From Candidatus Cybelea sp. (lineage in GTDB: Bacteria > Vulcanimicrobiota > Vulcanimicrobiia > Vulcanimicrobiales > Vulcanimicrobiaceae), in NCBI GenBank assembly GCA_036264815.1, contig DATAQH010000229.1, positions 1 to 35,551 of the forward strand: DNA of 35,551 nucleotides. Direction: 5' to 3'. Below are positions 31,889-35,551 of the stretch, piece by piece. The position numbers and the translations under genes were made by a program. The notes beneath the pieces are model-generated. The model ran no database searches and was not told the DNA's origin. It saw only the letters and a program-made list of their open reading frames with translations. Within the stretch, counting starts at the first letter, position 1. Every line of letters begins with the position of its first letter.

Positions 31889-32307
31889 GCCCCGGCGGGG
31901 CGGTGCTGGCGATCGATCCGGGGCGCCGCAAGGCCGGCTACGCGGTACTCTCGACGGCAGGAGCGGTCCTCGAGGCCGGCATCGAGCCGGTCGCCGAGCT
32001 GGAGCAGCGCGTGGCCGAGCTGCTCGGAAGGCTCGGCATCGACCGCATTGCGATCGGCCGGGGAACCAACGGCCGTGCCGTTCGCCGCCTGGTCGAGCGC
32101 TTCGGGGTGCCGATTTTCTGGGTGGATGAGTTCGAGACGACCCGCGCCGCCCGGAGCCTCTATTTCGTGGAACATCCGCCGAGAGGCTGGCGACGTCTGA
32201 TCCCGATCGGCCTTCAGACGCCGGGGCGGCCGGTGGACGATTATGCGGCGATCGTCATCGCCCGCCGGTTTCTCGCAAGGGGACTGGCCGCTCAATCTCC
32301 AACCTAA
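31885..32307 (+). CDS. YqgF/RuvX-like putative pre-16S rRNA nuclease / Holliday-junction-resolvase-like protein
   Basis: 140-aa ORF with TTGA overlap onto the previous stop. LAIDPGRRKAGYAVL, IAIGRGTNG, VDEFETTRAAR, and DDYAAIVIARRFL follow the RNase-H-fold YqgF pattern. Confidence 0.7.
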   Translation: MSPGGAVLAIDPGRRKAGYAVLSTAGAVLEAGIEPVAELEQRVAELLGRLGIDRIAIGRGTNGRAVRRLVERFGVPIFWVDEFETTRAARSLYFVEHPPRGWRRLIPIGLQTPGRPVDDYAAIVIARRFLARGLAAQSPT

Positions 32308-32379
32308 GAGACCCCACGCAAAGCACGCTGAGGCGGCAGCGTCGCACGGGGAAATCGACTGGACAGAAACGGAGGTTTC

Positions 32380-33384
32380 GTGCGTCGGATCGTCGCCGTC
32401 CTAACGAGCGCAGCACTCGCGCTAATGTTGGCGCGTGCCGCACAGGCTAACCTCCTGCCAATACCGGCGTCGCAGCCCGATTTAGCCTCGCAGCTGATGC
32501 TGCGTCTCTTCGGCGAGACTGCCGACTCAACGGCGTCCTTTTCCGCGCAAAACGGCGATCGCGTAAGCGAATCGCCGTTGCACGAACTGGCGCTTCGCGT
32601 GCCGGGAACCGATTCGAACAACCCGCAAAACTCGGGAGGCGCTTCGGTCGCCGTGCTGGCGCAACAACTCGCCGTAAATAGTTTGGGAACCGACGCATCG
32701 TACCTCGCGCGCGCGGCGGACGCGGGCCTGCTGTCTACCCAGATCCGTTTCGCGCCGGCGACGTCGCAGCCGAGCCAAGGGCTTTCGGGGACGCAGAGTT
32801 CGCTGCTAACGGTCGCCTATCAACCGGTTGCGCGGGTGCCGAACATCTCTCCCGGCCCGGGTACCCTCGCGTTCGATAGCACGTCGTCGCCGGCCGCGCC
32901 CGCCCTCACCAAAGACCTTCCGCTGGAGTTCAATCCGGATCTGAAACAGTCCAGAGGATTCAACCTCAGCGTCTCGGGTCAGTACGAAGGCTCGACCCCG
33001 AGCGATATCGCCGGGCTCACCGCGGCAACGCCGGCCGCACCGGCGTGGCACCTCCCCGACGCCGACGCCGCGCTGGCCGCTCCGAACTATGCCGGCTCAA
33101 ATAAGGTCTCTCTGCGCGCGGGCCTCGCGGTTCCGGTCGTTCACGGCTTGACGCTGAATCTAAACTACGACGCACAGCGATCCTCCGGAGGCACCGTCCT
33201 GCCGGGCCTTGAGAATCTCGACGCAGCGAACAACTCCTACATCGGACGCCTCACCTACACGATTCCCTACTCGTCGAGCACCCTCTCGGTCTCCGCGTAC
33301 CAGAACCGGTACGGGCAGAGCGTTCTCCCGCTCAACGGCTATACGCAAACCGGCGAAGACGTCAACTTTACCGTCAAGTTTTAG
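32380..33384 (+). CDS. Secreted protein, candidate outer-membrane beta-barrel (no recognisable family)
   Basis: GTG start after ACGGAGG. Signal peptide MRRIVAVLTSAALALMLARAAQA, then an S/T/A/P-rich middle. The C-terminus shows alternating-hydrophobic strands (LTLNLNYDAQ, YIGRLTYTIPY, TLSVSAYQNRY) and ends in VNFTVKF, a terminal-Phe beta-signal. Confidence 0.6.
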   Translation: MRRIVAVLTSAALALMLARAAQANLLPIPASQPDLASQLMLRLFGETADSTASFSAQNGDRVSESPLHELALRVPGTDSNNPQNSGGASVAVLAQQLAVNSLGTDASYLARAADAGLLSTQIRFAPATSQPSQGLSGTQSSLLTVAYQPVARVPNISPGPGTLAFDSTSSPAAPALTKDLPLEFNPDLKQSRGFNLSVSGQYEGSTPSDIAGLTAATPAAPAWHLPDADAALAAPNYAGSNKVSLRAGLAVPVVHGLTLNLNYDAQRSSGGTVLPGLENLDAANNSYIGRLTYTIPYSSSTLSVSAYQNRYGQSVLPLNGYTQTGEDVNFTVKF

Positions 33385-33385
33385 A

Positions 33386-34261
33386 TCGCCGAAGTCGCGC
33401 CCGCTCTCGTTCTTTCGAGCGATTGTCGCTGTCGCTCTGACGTCGCTGCTCGTCGCCTTCGCGCTCGTCCAGTTCGCCTCTGAGGCACTCAGCGCGCGCG
33501 CGGCCGCGCCGCACACGATTCCGCGGCGTATTCCGCCGGAATTCGGCGAGCGCATTTATTCTATCCTCGATCGGATTGCCCCGGCGCCGTACGTCGAGGC
33601 ATCGCTGGCCCAATTCGCGCTCGAACGAGGTGACGCCGCAGCCGCGCGGCACTACGCGCTGCGTCTGCCTGCCTCGTCGAATCGGGACGAGCTTCTTTCC
33701 CAAATCGCGCTTGCAATGGGCTCGCGGCAGCTGGCGTTCGAGTACGCGCTTGCGGCCTTCGACGCCGACGCCGTCGCGGCGGAAGCGCAACGGCGTGCCG
33801 TCGACGATCCTCACGCCGCCTACGAACTGGAGGGTCTCCTGGCGCGGCGTTTGAGCGAGCGCACGACACATCCCGACGCGCTCGCGCAGGCGCATTGGCA
33901 GATGGGTCTCCTCGCTAACGAAACGGCCTGGAGAGAGGTACCCGGGAGTGCGCGTCAGCGGGCCTGGCTGCGCCGCGCCCTCGCCGAGTTCGAAACCGCC
34001 GTGCGACTAGCGCCGCTCTCGGAGCGCTACGCGATCGCCGACGCCAATCAAGCAGATCTGCTCGGCGAACGGGCGCGCGCGGCCCAGCTCTTCCGCCAGG
34101 CCGTCGCGCTCGATCCAAGCAGCGCCGATGCCGTCGCCGGGCTTGGGGTGATCGCCTTTGAAAACGGCGACCGGTTCGCCGCGAGGGACTACTTGGCGCG
34201 GGCTCGCGCGCTCGATGCGCATTCGTTGATGGTTCGTGCGTTGGAACGCGATCTGCGGTGA
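33386..34261 (+). CDS. Membrane-anchored TPR-repeat protein (start codon unresolved)
   Basis: The ORF-track start TTG 33209 overlaps the previous gene by 176 nt in a frame with poor G/C third positions. Good codon bias begins at about 33386 (SPKSRPLSFFRAIVAVALTSLLVAFALVQF, a basic n-region plus TM helix). Later TPR-like helices include AVRLAPLSERYAIADANQADLLGERARAAQLFRQAVALDPSSADAVAGLGVIAFENGDRFAARDYLARARALD. Confidence 0.65.
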   Translation, partial: SPKSRPLSFFRAIVAVALTSLLVAFALVQFASEALSARAAAPHTIPRRIPPEFGERIYSILDRIAPAPYVEASLAQFALERGDAAAARHYALRLPASSNRDELLSQIALAMGSRQLAFEYALAAFDADAVAAEAQRRAVDDPHAAYELEGLLARRLSERTTHPDALAQAHWQMGLLANETAWREVPGSARQRAWLRRALAEFETAVRLAPLSERYAIADANQADLLGERARAAQLFRQAVALDPSSADAVAGLGVIAFENGDRFAARDYLARARALDAHSLMVRALERDLR

Positions 34262-35283
34262 GGGTGGCGCTCGACGCGCAATTAGGCGTCGGCACCGCGA
34301 CGGGGATCGGCGAGTACGTGACGGGCTTGGCGGCGGCGCTTCGTCGCCGCGGCGTCGATCTCGTGGAGTTGCGCGAGCCGCGGCTCGATCCGTGGCGCTT
34401 CGACCGGCGCGTGCGCTGGGACCAAACCATTCTTCCCCTGCGTGCGCGCTCGAGCGGAGCGGACGTGCTGCACTGCGCGTCGGGGACGATGCCGCTGCTC
34501 CGGCCGATGCCGGTCGTCGTCACGGTTCACGATGTCGCATGGCTGCACGTGCAAGCGCACGCGCGCGCCTACGCGCGGTACTATTTCGGAAAGTTTTCGC
34601 TCGCACAGTATCGGGCGGCCGCTGCGATCGTCGTCGACTCGTCGTTTTCGCGAAAGGCTTTGCTCGAAGTGCTCGGCGGCATCCCCGCGCGCAGCGTGCG
34701 GGTCGTGTATCCGGGCGTCTCTCCTGAGTTTTGCGAAATCGCGCGAGGCGCCGGAGACGGGCGCACGATCCTCGCCGTCGGAACCGTCGAGCGACGAAAG
34801 AATCTCGAACTGCTGATCCGCTTGCTGCCGCAATTGGACGGCGCCCGTTTGGTCTCGGTGGGGCCGCAGACCGAGTACGCCGCGGAGTGCGCCGCGCTCG
34901 CCGGTCGCCTCAACGTTGCGTCGCGCGTGGAACTGCGCGGCTACGTTTCCCGCGAAGAGCTGCTAACGCTTTACCGGCAAGCAGCGGTCGTCGCGCTCGC
35001 GTCGCGCTACGAAGGATTCGGTTATCCCGCGGCCCAGGCGCTCTGCGCCGGAGTTCCGTGCGTCGTCTCGGATTGCGCTTCGCTTCCGGAGGTCGCCGGT
35101 GACGACGCCGTCGTCGCCGGCATCGATGACGAGCACGCCTGGCTCTCGGCGCTGACGGCGGCGTTGAGCGGGCAGGCCGATGCGGACGCAGCGCGCGTTC
35201 GGCGCAACGCGATCGCGCGGTTCTCTTGGGAGTCGAGCGCTGCGGCGATGCAGCACATCTACGAAAGCGTCGCGGGCTCCTAG
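34258..35283 (+). CDS. Family 4 (GT-B) glycosyltransferase
   Basis: 341-aa ORF with GTGA overlap. GIGEYVTGLAAAL, GTVERRKNLELLI, and GYVSREELLTLYRQAAVVALASRYEGFGYPAAQALCAGVPCVVSD form the EX7E-type GT4 signature. Confidence 0.85.
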   Translation: MRVALDAQLGVGTATGIGEYVTGLAAALRRRGVDLVELREPRLDPWRFDRRVRWDQTILPLRARSSGADVLHCASGTMPLLRPMPVVVTVHDVAWLHVQAHARAYARYYFGKFSLAQYRAAAAIVVDSSFSRKALLEVLGGIPARSVRVVYPGVSPEFCEIARGAGDGRTILAVGTVERRKNLELLIRLLPQLDGARLVSVGPQTEYAAECAALAGRLNVASRVELRGYVSREELLTLYRQAAVVALASRYEGFGYPAAQALCAGVPCVVSDCASLPEVAGDDAVVAGIDDEHAWLSALTAALSGQADADAARVRRNAIARFSWESSAAAMQHIYESVAGS

Positions 35284-35551
35284 TAAATCGGCGAGCCGGG
35301 GCCGCCCGGCGCTACGCTTCCGTCATCGGGCGCGAAGATCAAGCGCAGCGGCAGGCTCGAGCCGGCCTCCGGCATCGTGACGATCGTTACGCGGACGAAG
35401 CCGTGCGCGGGAACGACGTATTGGCGTACTTTGTAGCGAGAGTACGCCGGCACTTGGTGCGATTGCACGAGGACGCCGTCGATGATGTACGTTCCGGTCG
35501 CACGGCCGCCTCGCGGGTTTTCGTAGATCGCAAAGGCTTGCGGAGACGACA
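35280..35551 (-). CDS. Hypothetical protein, C-terminal part (gene enters from the right edge)
   Basis: My minus-strand translation is open from the window edge: SSPQAFAIYENPRGGRATGTYIIDGVLVQSHQVPAYSRYKVRQYVVPAHGFVRVTIVTMPEAGSSLPLRLIFAPDDGSVAPGGPGSPIY. It is beta-rich with good G/C third positions. Convergent with the GT4 gene, and the stops overlap. No family recognised. Confidence 0.4.
   Translation of the reverse strand, partial: SSPQAFAIYENPRGGRATGTYIIDGVLVQSHQVPAYSRYKVRQYVVPAHGFVRVTIVTMPEAGSSLPLRLIFAPDDGSVAPGGPGSPIY

Noticed and set aside
33209-33385. Taking TTG 33209 as the true start of the TPR protein (176-nt overlap with the barrel gene).
   Set aside because: Third-codon positions in that frame are not G/C-enriched across the overlap, whereas the barrel-gene frame is. 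The coding signal for the TPR frame only appears after 33385.
1-35551. Searched by eye for CRISPR repeats, IS/transposase/integrase genes, tRNA/rRNA genes and defence or toxin-antitoxin modules.
   Set aside because: None found. Intergenic regions are short, contain no direct-repeat arrays and no tRNA-like T-loop/acceptor patterns. Every sizeable ORF is accounted for by housekeeping or envelope functions.

Overview
GC-rich bacterial chromosomal window with G/C-dominated third codon positions. It has two parts.

(1) Replication-origin neighbourhood. A minus-strand block at 1-3694 carries mreC (partial), maf, a DUF3465-like lipoprotein, nadD, obg and rpmA. It faces a ~0.6 kb non-coding region (3695-4301) with near-consensus DnaA boxes. 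Then follow dnaA, dnaN, recF, a DUF721/DciA-like gene and gyrB on the plus strand. The strand switch together with the boxes places oriC at about 3.7-4.3 kb.

(2) Outer-membrane/LPS supercluster. From 10950 to 35283 there is one uninterrupted, co-directional cluster with many overlapping stop/start codons. Its order is: giant TamB-like protein, BamA, three OmpH/Skp genes, lpxD, lpxC, fabZ, lpxA, lpxB, metallophosphoesterase, LpxB-related glycosyltransferase, O-antigen-ligase-like protein, LptC/OstA-like lipoprotein, lptB, a single lptF/G-type permease, DUF3084-like gene, YqgF/RuvX-like nuclease, orphan beta-barrel candidate, TPR protein and a GT4 glycosyltransferase. The Skp genes comprise one tandem-fused copy, one lipoprotein with a very long coiled coil, and one small lipoprotein. 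The layout resembles the envelope clusters of Terrabacteria-type diderms (diderm Firmicutes and relatives), and the Firmicutes-style L27 N-terminal extension fits that.

I saw no rRNA, tRNA, CRISPR array, transposase or integrase.

Most interesting points:
- No lpxH/lpxI/lpxG-type gene is in the cluster. An uncharacterised metallophosphoesterase and an LpxB paralogue are translationally coupled to lpxB.
- The OmpH/Skp family is expanded and remodelled.
- There are four translation-boundary anomalies. mreC, lpxB and the TPR gene lack any ATG/GTG/TTG at their conserved N-termini, and mreC and lpxB lie in frame behind the TAG stop of the upstream gene. The DUF3084-like gene is split by an in-frame TAG.

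TAG is nevertheless a genuine stop elsewhere, for example after the terminal Phe of BamA. All family assignments come from reading the translations by eye and need HMM or BLAST confirmation.
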